A stretch of DNA of 64,000 nucleotides, taken from positions 11,369,187 through 11,433,186 of the forward strand of contig OZ316898.1 in the NCBI GenBank assembly GCA_973895155.1, written 5' to 3'. Position numbers and translations under genes: made by a program. Shown here piece after piece: positions 51,951 to 64,000 of the stretch; within the stretch, counting starts at the first letter, position 1; each line of letters starts with the position of its first letter. The notes under the pieces are model-generated. The model was not told where the DNA came from and searched no databases. It saw only the letters and a program-made list of their open reading frames with translations. This DNA comes from Marsupella aquatica. Taxonomy: Eukaryota > Plantae > Marchantiophyta.

Positions 51951-52399
51951 GCGGGAGTTGAAGGCCCGGGGTCAAAGCGTCCAAGGGAGTGTCAAAGTCG
52001 GGGTCAAAGGGAATTAGGGCTCAACTTCGAGCCGTCGGATTTCATGTAGTGCTGCCAAGTTGAGAGGTTTGGTTTAGGCTGAAGGAAGTGGAGGCTTGCA
52101 GGTTGGCGACGGACCTTGGATGAAGGAAGCTATGGGGCCTGCATGAAATGCTGCGGTTGGAGGCCGGCGCTTGATGCTTGCGAAAGTGGCGTTTGATGCA
52201 AAGCGGGACATTGCAAGGCTAGGAGGCATGCATTGGCGGGACCGACTGCGGGAGGCGCACCTTTTCCAGAGCTTTGTTTAGGGGTAACTTTCCTTACACT
52301 ACCCACTATTTATGCAGAATGGTCATACTTTCCATTGTTTATGCTGCATGCATACACTTTACTAACTATGAAAGCTCAAAACCTACTGCCAGCTATTGC

Positions 52400-54959
52400 G
52401 CGAGCTACCGTTGATCAGCAAGAAGGGTGAGGCATGGGCTGAGGTGTTTCTATGGCTATGGTGGGTTGCGTTTGATGGGTGCATCAAAAAAGCGTTCACT
52501 ACATGACGACATACTTTGCCTACAGATCCACAATTATGTGTTGGGAAATCGCCCAGAGATGTCTCAGTGGAGGGAGTTGCATAGATACATATATGCAACT
52601 CTATATATATGTTAATCTAACAATAGACGTTGTTCTACATTCTATGTGTGTAGAAGTTAGAGTGGGTTCAAGGAGCACTTCTGTGGATGAGGTCGCAATA
52701 TTCTCATGGATTCATACATTTTTTGCAGTGCATTCTTGGAGCAGCAACCGATAGTTGCACGACGGTATGCATTATTTCGCGTATGGGCATTGGAGCGCAT
52801 GGATAGGCTCCTTGCAGAGCATGGACCCTTATCCATTCCCATTGATGTACAGAACATCATTAGGGGACCAGGGTTGTGGGCAACGACCCATACACACATG
52901 TATGAGTCAAAGCACCACTTTCACACTTGGAGGACAGATCACATGAAGAAGAGTACATGTAACTTAGGAGTGTTCATGTTGACAGACCCAGGTGATGTTG
53001 AGAGATTCCCTATTGTGGCACTATATTGGATATTTTAGACGTTCACTTTGGGTCATTTACTACTATTGTGTTAGAGGTGCGGTGGCACAAATCCATCATG
53101 TCACCTCCACATAGAGCCACCATGGTGAAAGATGAGTGTGGGTTCTATCGGGTAGACACGACTCATGTAGCACCATCCGGGACTGAGGTTAGTGACACTA
53201 TAGTATTTCCTAGCCAGGTGGATCAGTGTATTATGGTTCCGATGCACACTATTCATAGAGGATGGTCCATCATCATTCCCATCTTCCCACGACGGAGGAA
53301 GGGTTTGATGGCTTCAGTAATTGTAGATGATATGGATCCAGTGACCATAAATGTATTCAGTGCATGTATATATTCGTTATGGCCACCTTCATGTGGGTTT
53401 GTAGCATCTGTGGGTAACGTCGTTGTATGACTATTACGTTCGGTAGACCAATGTATCTTCAAACTACGTCGTACCAGGCAGACGTTAATTCCAATTAACG
53501 TCGTTTTATTGAGCCTTCAACGATGTTAATTTAGCCACGACCCAGTTTACGTTACTCCACACGACGTTGATTCTCCACTTAAAATGATGTTAAACTAACT
53601 TACGTTGTTTTAGGGTACGTATTAAACCAAAGATGTTGTGTATTGCAACGTTACTATATCCGCGCGATGTTAATGACAGTGGTGACATTAATTGGCACAT
53701 GCATTCAAAATGAAAAACATGAGGGAGTCTTTATTCAGATTCAGTATGATATAGAGATACAAAGGTCCTACAAAGCACATTGCATGTCCACCACAAAGTG
53801 ACTATAACCTAGCCGTATCACTAAACTGCCTCATCCATTGACATCCAGATTGTTGCTACTTAAGGAGTTCCTTCACCAGACCAGTAGTACTCCTCATCTG
53901 CCTTCCTTCTTTTGTAAGAATCACGCCTCTGCCTCTGGTTCCATTTCTTCCGGACGACCTCTTCCCCAGCCTTTAGCCTTTCAGCCTCAACCTCAGCTGC
54001 ACAACTTTCCTTGTAAGATCATACAAGACAATGTGAAGCTCAGTCGGAGACAGCTCACATTTGGGCAATGTAGGTGGATATGCCTCCCCATCATCTTGGT
54101 TGGGCGCCTCATCCAACATCTGATCATCACCTGGATGCAGCAGGAAGTCTCCTGGATCCAACTGTTTGTTGGCCAGAATTGAGCACTCTACCCAACGGAT
54201 AGAAATGAAATGAACTATCTCTGCAAAGTGCTCGATCAATCCATGGTAGTCACTGAAGTGCTCAACAACTTCTTTCCACGTATAGGCCAGCAAGTAGTCT
54301 GTTTCTGAGGTACACAACTTCTCAATAACGCCTCCCCGACAAAAGAACCCACGGATAGTCTTGTCCTCTTCACCAAGTGGAAGGAAGCAACAATGCACAT
54401 CCTTGAAGAACTTGCGCACCATGATTGAATACTGAGTCTATCCCACGCTGCAATTTCTCTGTACTCAGGAAGAGTGCATTCTCCAAAAATCACAAACGCA
54501 AGCCTACTTTGGTCTCAGCACTCTTAAACCAAAATCCTCCCGTAGAAAACCCAAGCTATACTCGAGTCAGCATGGACTACTCCTCATTCAAGTCGTCCAC
54601 ACCAATGTACGTACTCAACGTCTAACATGGCTTGATTCAATTGGAACGTCCTATAGAGCAACGTTACCACTTTAACGGCTTCCTCCACGATGTAAACATT
54701 GACGTCGTTATACCCTAAACACATTACATCCTCTAATACGACGTTAATATTGAACGACGACCAAAATGATGTTTAGGACAGCTCATCCAAAGACGTTAAT
54801 TTTAAACGTGTTTCCAGCGATGTTAAAATGGGGGCAATCGGCGTTTAGATTTCTCCGACGTCGGACGTAGTTATAAACGTAGTCATGGAAGTCGTTATTA
54901 TATTAACGACGATTATGAGGAGGTATTGTTAGCATCCGACGCAACAAAATCTAGTTGTG
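52400..54959 (+). mobile_element. Remnant of a second CACTA family: TnpD C-terminal fragments and subterminal repeats
   Basis: QIHNYVLGNRPEM and VLEVRWHK...KDECGFYRVD...IVFPSQVDQC (DUF4216-like). Dense ACGTCGTT/AACGAC motifs at 53450-53690 and 54610-54950. Possible variant end CTAGTTGTG at 54959; left end not found. Confidence 0.65.
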
Positions 54960-56490
54960 AGGGGACATGGACCTACCATATGTGAACTTGCATATAGGAA
55001 TGCAGATACACTAGGATCCCTTGATGCTTTTGAGAAAGCTACCAATCTTCTGCTTGAATCATCTCCAAAATATGAGTTCCATCGCACTCAACCACTTCAT
55101 GGAGATCTTTGCACAAAGTCCAAAAAACGAAAAGGCCAAGCTTCTTCTGTGCACATCACCTTATCTTGTCGATGAGAGTCTTCAAGTCTTCATGTCATTT
55201 TTTGGACTTTGTGCAAAGATCTCCATGAAGTGGTTGAGTGCGATGGAAAAACGAAAAGGCTAGAGTTGGTGCTGAAGACTCTCATCGACATGATAAGGTG
55301 ATGTGCACAGAGGCGGTGACAAGAGGCGTACACCCAAGAAATTTATATTCTGATTTCCGGAGTGTCAATGTCGTGGAAGAGAGCGACAAGTTGAAGGAAA
55401 ATTTGGGCATACTCCATCCTTCAACATTCTCTAGTTGTCCAGATCCATCCGTCGTGATTCTTCTTTCCAATAATGAAGGGAATGACACTGAGAGTTCAGG
55501 AGATGACACTTTTGAAATACCTAAGCCATTGTCACAACAACATGTATCTCTTGTCCGTCCAGAGGAACCAGTTTATGTTTCACCCAGAAGAATACCTGTG
55601 GTAAATGAAGTTGATGTCCCATTTGGTACTTGGCACTTAAGGCGGTGCGGGAAAGGAAATGGTCCAGTGTGCAATGGGTCTATGGATAGGACCATTTCTG
55701 GAAGAGATGAGTGTCGAAACTTAATCAAGGAAGTAGGTTTTCATACTTGGTCTTGCGGTGTGGTTGGGGTTGCAATCCATGGTTTGAGGATGACTTCACC
55801 ACATCCTCAACTCTTATACTTCTGCCCAAACAATGTCTACCACAAGACCAGGGGGCGCAAGTCAATTGCCCAACTTCCCTTAGTACCTCGTCTCTAAAAG
55901 TTCTTCGAGGGACAGACTTAACTACTCCTGAAATCAGCTTCTTGATTGGCTTGGGTTTTCAGATTGATGGTCTCTATTACATGGATTGTGAACCAAATGG
56001 CAGTGTTGCTCCTCTAGGTCGCGTGGAACTTTGAATTGACGTTAACTCTTTCCTAGAAAAGGTTGATGGAAACTATTTGAATAGACAACTGAGGACGCGG
56101 AATGGGAAGGGTGCTCGTCAACGTTTCAACTTCACTGCAGAACTTGTTAAAAGGATTCAGTCTGCAAATGAAGAGCAAATGAGGATTGTGGCTTGTGAAA
56201 AGATCATCCAAGGTAACGGATGGGGAAGACAGTTTTTGATTGCGATGCATGAAAACAACCCTAGTAAATCTAGTAAATATTGGATTCAGTTGTGCATCTT
56301 CCCATGTTGCTCATGTGAGGATTTCTATAAGCAGCATTCGCATGGAAAGCCTTACATGTCTTGCAAACATATCCTTTGGGTTTACAAGAATGTTTACCAT
56401 TTGAACCTAGAGACTTCGGATGTAGTCAAGCAGCCTATTTTAACTGTCGCTGAAGTTTCCAATCTGATCCAAAGGGGAGTTGAGGTTTGA
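54960..56490 (+). pseudogene. C-terminal part of a SWIM zinc-finger, MULE-like transposon gene
   Basis: YWIQLCIFPCCSCEDF...SCKHILWVY (SWIM, CxC...CxH), with upstream GHGPT, SKKRK and SHRHDKV blocks. Stops and frameshifts present. Confidence 0.65.
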
Positions 56491-57264
56491 TATTATCCAC
56501 TTTAGAGTGAGGTTTGGTTTTAATAAGGTTTTCATTGGTTTTAAACATATATGTAAGTACCGTTGGAAGTAGATTTTTTTGTGTGTTGTTAGGGAGAGAT
56601 GATATTTACACTCCATATGAAGTGCCCTTTAATTTATTTATAAAACACCATTCGATATTGGTTCATCAGTTTTGCTAGCGAGGTCACTAGCTATATTTTT
56701 GAAAAGTTTTGTAGGTTCATGATTTGGACCCTGGTTTGTTACTCATTGAGAAAACTATCAATGACACAGTCACATATATACCCTGATAAGGTCGGATATC
56801 ATGTCTTTACAGACTTGGCTTTTTTTACAGTTGGCAACTCTCCCTGAAATCACTGCCAACCTTTTATGTTGGTTATGGTGCCAATTTTGTGTGTTTATCT
56901 GAGATACTGATGACTCCCAATCTCCAGGCCCATCATTTAAATTGCAAGTAAAACTCCTTGCCAAGTGCTTTGGTGATGATCTTTATATCTATTTTGGATT
57001 GTCCAGTTTGTTTTAAAAAAATATTATATTGACATACTTCACTCGAAAGGTTTCTTAAACAAACATTAGTCATTCAAATATGAACAGACTGTTGGATGGG
57101 TTTTTGCTAGCGAGGCTTGCTGTTACTAGCGGCCAACAAGTCCAAACTTTGGTTTGAGCAAAAAATCACACATTTCAAGGAATTTTTTTACTCGTAACAA
57201 CAAAAAATTTACTGTTACGAGCAAATTTTTTCCTGTTTCCTCGCATGGTAGTCATACCCGTGAA

Positions 57265-57650
57265 CTAGCCCTATGCCGTGCGTTGCACAAAAGATGTCGA
57301 GATGATAAAAGATGTCGAGGAGATAAAAGATGTTAAGGAAAAAAAAGATGGCGAGCAAAAGATGCGAGGTGATAAAATATGTCAGAGTGATAAAAGATGT
57401 CGAGGAGATAAAAGATGTTAAGGAAAAAACAGATGGCGAGCAAAAGATGCGAGGTGATAAAATATGTCAGAGTGATAAAAGATTTCAAGGAGAGAAACGA
57501 TGTTGAGGTGATAAAAGATATCGAGGTGAGCAAAAGATGTTAAGGTGATAAAACTAAGATGCCAAGGAAAGAAAAGATATCGCTGAGGTGATAAAAGATG
57601 CCAAGGAGAGAAAATATGTCAAGGTGATAAAAGATGTCAAGTAAAAGTGA
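57265..57650 (-). mobile_element. Helitron-like 3' end plus 18-bp minisatellite
   Basis: Minus strand TGTGCAACGCACGGCATAGGGCTAG|T matches the typical plant Helitron hairpin + CTAG-T end, followed by the (AAAAGATGTCGAGGTGAT)n array. Confidence 0.7.
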
Positions 57651-59400
57651 TGTTGCAAAGAAGAGTTGTCTTTTTGATAATATTGTTGTTGTGGTTCAAT
57701 CTTGCCTTTGGGTCAATCTGTTCATGTTGTTAAGAAGTGTTGTTGACAAAGTTAAAATGTTATCAAAGAGGAAGTGTTTTCAAGAGTAAGTACTGTGGTT
57801 GCTGGAAGATTGTAGCTAAATGGTAGATTATAAGATATCGTCCAACAAATCATGCACTTGCAAAGGAAACGGAGTTGAGGTGTCAATATTTGTCAAGTGA
57901 AAACTGTGTTGGACAGTGTTGTCATTTTCGGGGCTCTGCCCCTTTCCCCTTAAAAAGTTATAAAAAATAAAAAAATAGTGTTGTCATGTTGAAAATGTGG
58001 TCATTGTGATTCCCTGTGTGATTCAAATATTGCCATTTGGATCCATGTTGTGAATGAAATGGTCAAAACAAAAGGACAAAAAATTGTGGTGGCAAAGGCA
58101 CAGATTCTATGAACATGGAAGTAAAATAACACAACAGGGCAGGGGAGGGAAACATAAAATGAACGTCCCATAAAATGCCCAAGAAATGGGCGAACCCAAT
58201 TGGACACTAGACCAACCCAATGCAAAGTGAGAGGAGGATGGATGATTAGCCCCACCCAGATAAAATCTTCTATCTCTCCCAAATAAATGCAACATGGGAT
58301 GGCCAGAGTCAACAAACAAATAAGCAACCCTAAATATATATCCTATCTGTTACCCAGGATGAGAAGAATTCTAGGTCATTAGAAAAAACTTACCTCCTCA
58401 AGATAACAAAAACCCCTCACCCCTCGAAAACAGAAAAAGTATAGGTTGCCCCTTTTGCTGGAGGAAATTTAGTTATATCCCCTTTAAACAAATTAGAAAA
58501 AAGTGTCAAGAATGTTAAGAAGAAAAAGAGAGAGAAACTATGGATTACTTTTTGTTATTGGGGAGTTTCAACATCTGGATTTTAGTTAGTTTAGAAAAGG
58601 TGTTAGGAATATTAGAAATAAGAAACCACCAAGGAAAAGAACATATATTGGTTACACTATCTTGCTGGGAGTTTCACTAAGTGTCTTTTTTTTAATTAAA
58701 AAATTAAAAAAGGCCAGTTTGTTATAAGGGACAAAACCCTAACCCTACTTACCCTAGAACATAGGAGGTTACATAACCGCCATACCATGTACTACATAGG
58801 GAGAGATTTCCACTCCCACAATGCAATGAAGGAAGTGAGCTTGCTGGTGTATTGAATGTTAATGCTCTCGCCTTTTGCTGTAATGTTAGGCCTGCATCGG
58901 TTAAAATAGCGTCCTGTAGGTCTTTTGAGTAAAGATATGCTTCGACATCAAGTGACCAAGATAAATAATTGGCACCATCAATAGTTAGAGCCTTAAATTG
59001 AAGCTTCTCTATCGAATTCATGGTGATGGAAGTTATGATGATAGGATCTCAAATCGAGTTATATCCAGCGATTTGTGAGTTATGCTCTGCCTGAATTCTT
59101 TAAATCAGTTATGGCATTGAGGTCTAAGAAATTCAAATGGAAAGAAAAACGGTGAAGAAGAAACTTCCTTGCATTGATCAAAGAGCAAATTTCGATGTGG
59201 GTATTCGGTGTTCAGATGTCTGCGCTCCTGATCCTTCAAGGTGTCGTTTGAGAAAAAAAAATTGATCCTTGGTTCAATCAATAATTCGAAATGTGCATAT
59301 CGGTTCACTGAATCGATTGCTTAAGGAAAAATCAAGAATTGTGCTCCAAGGATAGAGTCGTGCTGATAACGTGATATGGATTAATCATGGACATTCAATA

Positions 59401-60983
59401 AATAAATCTGTATCCTGTAAGATGAAGTCCGGCAGGTGCAGGAATGATGGGCCCAAAAACTTTTTGTCTGATTAGGGAGTCCAGTTCTGAATTGATAGCT
59501 AGCTCCCATTGTGGCCAATCCGGGCGAGTTCGGGCCTCAGCAATGGTTAGGGGATCAGGAGTTGTATTGATAATGTCCTCGGAAATCTGGAATGCAAAGA
59601 TATCATCAACTCGGATTGTATCACGCTGCATTATCTTCCCGGTATGTACGTAATTAATTGTGATCTCCTCATTATCGGCAGGTCCTTGTGAAGATGGTTC
59701 TATGGTTGGTATAATGGTTGGAGATGGACGAGCTACACTCGTGCGGGACTGTCTTGGATGAGAGTCCTTGGATCCCAGTGGGCGTCCTCTTTTGGCCTTG
59801 GGTGCAGCGTGAGTGGATGGTGTAGGTTGCCAAGAAATTCGAGCTGGTATGTTGGCTGCTTCGATGTGTGAGCGAGTGACAGTGGCTGCATCATTGAATG
59901 CATCGGGAAGTTTCATAAGCATCTGTTGTAAGTGGAGAACACGTTGTACTTCCAGATCTGTTTCTTTAGTTCGGTGGTCCTCTGTAAGCAGGCAAGGAGA
60001 CAACCATTGTAAGTCTTTCACTGGTACATCGCCATTTCTCTTGGGATCTTTTGTAAGGGTTGGAAAATTGTCTTCAAAGAAATGGCAGTCTTGGAATCGT
60101 GCTTTAAAAACATCTGCTGTGGAAGGTTCCAAATATCTTATAATAGAGCGTGAGTCAAAGCCCACATAGATACCGCGTTGTCTCTGAGGTCCCATTTTAG
60201 TTCTCTTGGGACCTAAAATTGGGACAAGTACCAGGCAGCCAAAAATTCGTAGATGTGTGATGTCTGGTGGTAATCCATATGCTAGAAAATGTGGGTCTGT
60301 GTATTAAATGAGGACGGTCTCAGTCAAATAAGGGCAGCTGCATGTAGGACCGCATGGCCCCAAGCTGATGCTGGTAAATTTGACTGCATCAGGAGAGGTC
60401 TGGCCACCATCTGTATTCGTTTTATTATGGATTCTGCAAGACCATTCTGAAAGTGAACATGTGGGACTGGGTATTCTGTATTGATACCTGCAGTTTCACA
60501 GAAGGTATCACAAGTTTTGGAGGTAAATTCCCCCGCATTATCAACTCTAATGGTTTTGATGGGATTCTCTGGGAATTGGTATTTTAATTTCAATATGTGC
60601 GATAATATTCGTGGGAAGACCAGGTTACGGGTAGAGAGCAGGGAGACCTGTGACCACTTAGTAGAGGCATCAATGATAACTAGGAAACATCAGAATGGGC
60701 CAGAAGGAGGGTCAATAGGGCCACAGACATCAGCGTGTATTCTCTCCAAAAATTGTGGTATCTGATGTATTGTCTTGGATGGTGTGGGACGGGTAACCAT
60801 TTTTCCTTGTGAGCATGCGAGACAGGGTTTGCTGGTAGCAGATGGGTGAATGCCTTTAGGTATGCCCACGGTAGCCTTCAGTATATTGTGGTACATACTT
60901 GTGCCAGGATGTCCAAGGCGATTATGCCATATTTGTGTTAAAGTCAGTGAAGTACTTGTAGCATGATATGAATAGATTCGGGT
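59401..60983 (-). pseudogene. Copia GAG-pre-integrase, integrase and start of RT (inverted segment)
   Basis: WHNRLGHPG...CLACSQGK, ERIHADVCGP, IRVDNAGEF, QNGLAESIIK, WELAINSELDSL. Confidence 0.88.
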
Positions 60984-61908
60984 GATAGGTAAACCCACCT
61001 ATTGCTTGGGCTTACAGTTTAATCACTTGCATCATGGCATACTCATTACTCAATCTACCTATACTGAGAAAGTATTAAAACAGTTTAACATGGAGACTGC
61101 TTACCCTGTTAGCACTCCTATGGATTTGAGATCCTCAGATCCTGCAAAGGATACATTCAGGAAATGGACTGCACCAGAAGCCATTCTTGGCCAGAAAAGC
61201 CTTACCTCTCAGCAATCGGGGCTCTCATGTACCTGGCTACACAGTCCCATCCTGATATCTCTTTTGCAGTCAATCTTCTTGCACGCCATAGTGCCAAACC
61301 AACTATCCGTCACTAGAATGGCGTAAAGCGAGTATTCCGTTACCTACGAGGAACCACAAACCTGGGACTATTTTTTTCCCAAGCAGTCAGAAAATCTATT
61401 GGTGGGATATGCAGACGCAGGATACCTTTCAGACCCTGACGACGCAAAATCCCAGACGGGATATGTTTTTCTTCAAGGAGGTACTGCTATCTCTTGGAGA
61501 AGCTGCAAACAAACATTGACAGCTACTTCTTCCAACCACGCGGAAATCATTGCCCTCTACGAAGCCACTAGGGAATGCATTTGGTTAAGAAACTTGATGG
61601 ATCATATTCATACACACACAGGGAGCTCTCGTTTGGATAAACCTACGATTATCTATGAAGATAATCAACCCTGTGTCGATCAGATAGTGCAGGGTTTTAT
61701 CAAAGGCGATTGTATTAAACATATAGCACCTAAATTCTTTTATACACATGAGCAGCACGGCGGACAGGTCAATGTACAGTGGATTCCTAGCAAGGAAAAT
61801 CGAGCAGATTTATTTACAAAACCACTACGATCATCTCTCCACAAAGAACATACATATGGTATAGGCATGAGAAGCATGACCTCACTGCTGCAGGGCATCG
61901 ATAGATAA
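60984..61908 (+). pseudogene. Copia RT C-terminus and RNase H
   Basis: GKPTYCLGLQ, VGYADAGYLSDP, SSNHAEIIAL, IYEDN, KHIAPKFFYTHE, NRADLFTK. Confidence 0.9.
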
Positions 61909-62786
61909 ATCGGAACTGACATTATTGATGCAACGCATTCATGAATATCTCAACATTTCTTACACACAGGCTACAGTTTTGAATATCTATAGATAACCAG
62001 TGATATACTCTACTACCATTCTGTCACTCGACATTCGACTTATGCTCATCCGCAAGCTGAATAACAGAGCCGAGCTCAAGATATATCTACAGATCAAGAA
62101 TCGAGAGAGATAGACGTCAACTAGCAACCAACTCATTTTCACACTTAATCACACATAAGCGCAACATCTTCTTACCGTCCGAGCTTTATTGATTATTACC
62201 AAGCGCAGGACGACGCCAAACTCCAGCACCCTGGGCGCACAACCGTGAACAACGGAAGTAGCAGCAGTCGACCACCAACAACGACTCAATCGCCACTTCT
62301 CGACTCAACTTCTTGACTCAATAGCCATCCACATTCTACCTCAGCACTGCTGCGCTGCAACATCCGATCACAGAGCAATCCCTGATTCCCCGTTCCCATC
62401 GATTGCCTCGAAGTTCAAGCTTCAACTCACAAAGGAGACTATCGAATGCATACCTAGTCTGTAAACTTCTTTTTACACTTAGCCTTACACTCAATAGTCA
62501 ATAGAACTTAGATTTACTTTTACAATACAGATACAAACTACTGCTTAAGTTTTACACACCCTAGTATCTTTTTTTTTCGTTATAATTCTTTGATATATTT
62601 CATTTTTGGCCTTAGACCATGTAATAGTAGTGGCACTCTTCCCATGATTGAAGCATGGTTTTAATGAGACCATACTACACTTTGGCCAAATAATAGACAT
62701 ATCATTACAAGGGTTAGTTTTCCCCATACTTTTGAGGTTGTTTGAAATATTTTTCATTCAACCAAGGGGGAGTGTTATAAGGGACA

Positions 62787-63409
62787 TACTCCTACTGGAA
62801 AATGCAAAATCTCGCCCACCAGGTATAGCCGCTCCACCACCCAAACCTGAAATCAATTTCAACAGACAAAATGATAAGATCCGAGGCAGAGGACGTGGCA
62901 TCTTCAGGGGAGAGGACAACGACCATTTATCAGAGGCAGAAACCAACAAAGGGGCAGAGGCTATGGACAATTCCATAATTTGGAATATCAATCTTCTGGA
63001 CATTTTTATCGAGGAAGAGGACAACGTGGACGAGGTAATGGATACAGAGGCAGAGGCCGTAGCAGAGGCCGTGGCCGAGGACCTAATAGTTGGACCAGAG
63101 AGAACAAAAATCTGACTAAATGTTTTAGGTGCGGCACAAAGGGTCACCTACAGAAAAATTGCCGATCTCCTGCCCACCTGGTCCAACTTTATAAACAAAG
63201 CATGGAATTACCTAGTAATGAAGCCCATGGAAACTATATGGAAACTACAGATGATATTGAGGGATATGCACCAGAAGTACATACTGCCCAATTAGGAGCT
63301 AATCCCTCTATGCTCGACGATCATCACAACTGTATTGTCGATAGCGGCACATCTCATTCCATCCTACGCCATAAAGATTATTTCCTACGTATCACTCCAT
63401 CCCACAGAT
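62787..63409 (+). pseudogene. Copia gag C-terminus, zinc knuckle and protease, displaced downstream of the PPT
   Basis: LLENAKSRPPG, RGRG repeats, CFRCGTKGHLQKNC, CIVDSGTSHSIL. Confidence 0.85.
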
Positions 63410-64000
63410 CCATGATTAATCCATATCACTTGCTGGTGTATTGAATGTCCATGATTAATCCATGTCACAGTTAACTATTTAGAGCTGGGCAAAGTAAACA
63501 AAGAATAAGCGCAACACAGGACAAGTATTGTACATGCACAGGGATCAAGACAGGACAAAAGGCAAGGTACTCCATGCCCAGCAAGCAAGGTGTACTTTCA
63601 CTTGTCCTTGTCACGGAAATCCCACTTGTCCTTGTCACGGACAGCAAGGCATACTTCAAGGCCAGGATCTGTCTTCCTGCCATGGAGAGGTGTTTACAAA
63701 AGACAGCAAACAGGAAACAGGATTTAATAACAAAAACTGGTAACAGGAAAATGGGTGGAATTTTTTTTTGAATTTTTTTTGAATTTTTTTTTGAATTTTT
63801 TTTTTGAGAAAAAAAATTTATTATTTTTGGTCGACCAGGTTTTTTTGCTAGCGCCCAAAGCTACCAGTTTCCTGTCTCCGTCGCTATACCCGCCATGGAT
63901 GCCAAGATACACGCTAGTGGGCAAAGTAGGTGAGCAATCAAAGAGGGTGCATTAGGCATTAGGGGCATGATTTTGTGATCCTACGGTTCCCAAAAAGTGT

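Larger units (their letters stand above)
58720..63467 (+). mobile_element. Ty1/Copia Bianca-lineage LTR retrotransposon, internally rearranged
   Basis: TSD CAGTT at 58715-58719 and 63468-63472; termini TGTTATAAGG...CCATGTCA; LTR about 160 bp. PBS GTTATCAGCACGA on the minus strand (~59358-59370); PPT CAAGGGGGAG at 62763-62772. Bianca-type KLQFKALTIDGANYLSW and GPQRQRGIYVGFDS motifs. Confidence 0.9.

Overview
Eukaryotic, intron-containing land-plant DNA; a bryophyte, possibly a liverwort, is inferred from the transposon (TE) families present but cannot be proven from the window alone. The first ~11 kb holds two host genes: the 3' end of PWP2 and a complete 4-exon HKT/Trk cation transporter with a GC-AG intron. 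The remaining ~52 kb is a nested TE cluster. It contains: a decayed LINE; Helitron-like ends carrying minisatellites; a complete 22.2-kb CACTA element (18158-40371, TAA target-site duplication, TSD) with two internal tandem arrays and an intact EDM2-like triple-PHD cargo ORF; two ~4-4.5 kb TG...CA insertions with 5-bp TSDs that look like solo LTRs yet each carry one long ORF; a decayed, intron-containing gene fusing a ParB-like domain to a beta-class N4C/N6A DNA methyltransferase; remnants of a second CACTA and of a SWIM-finger MULE-like gene; and an internally scrambled Bianca-lineage Copia element with intact termini and TSD. The most interesting signals are the TE-associated chromatin/DNA-modification cargo (PHD reader, amino-methyltransferase) and the protein-coding solo-LTR-like elements. 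Domain calls come from motif recognition only; no database search was run.
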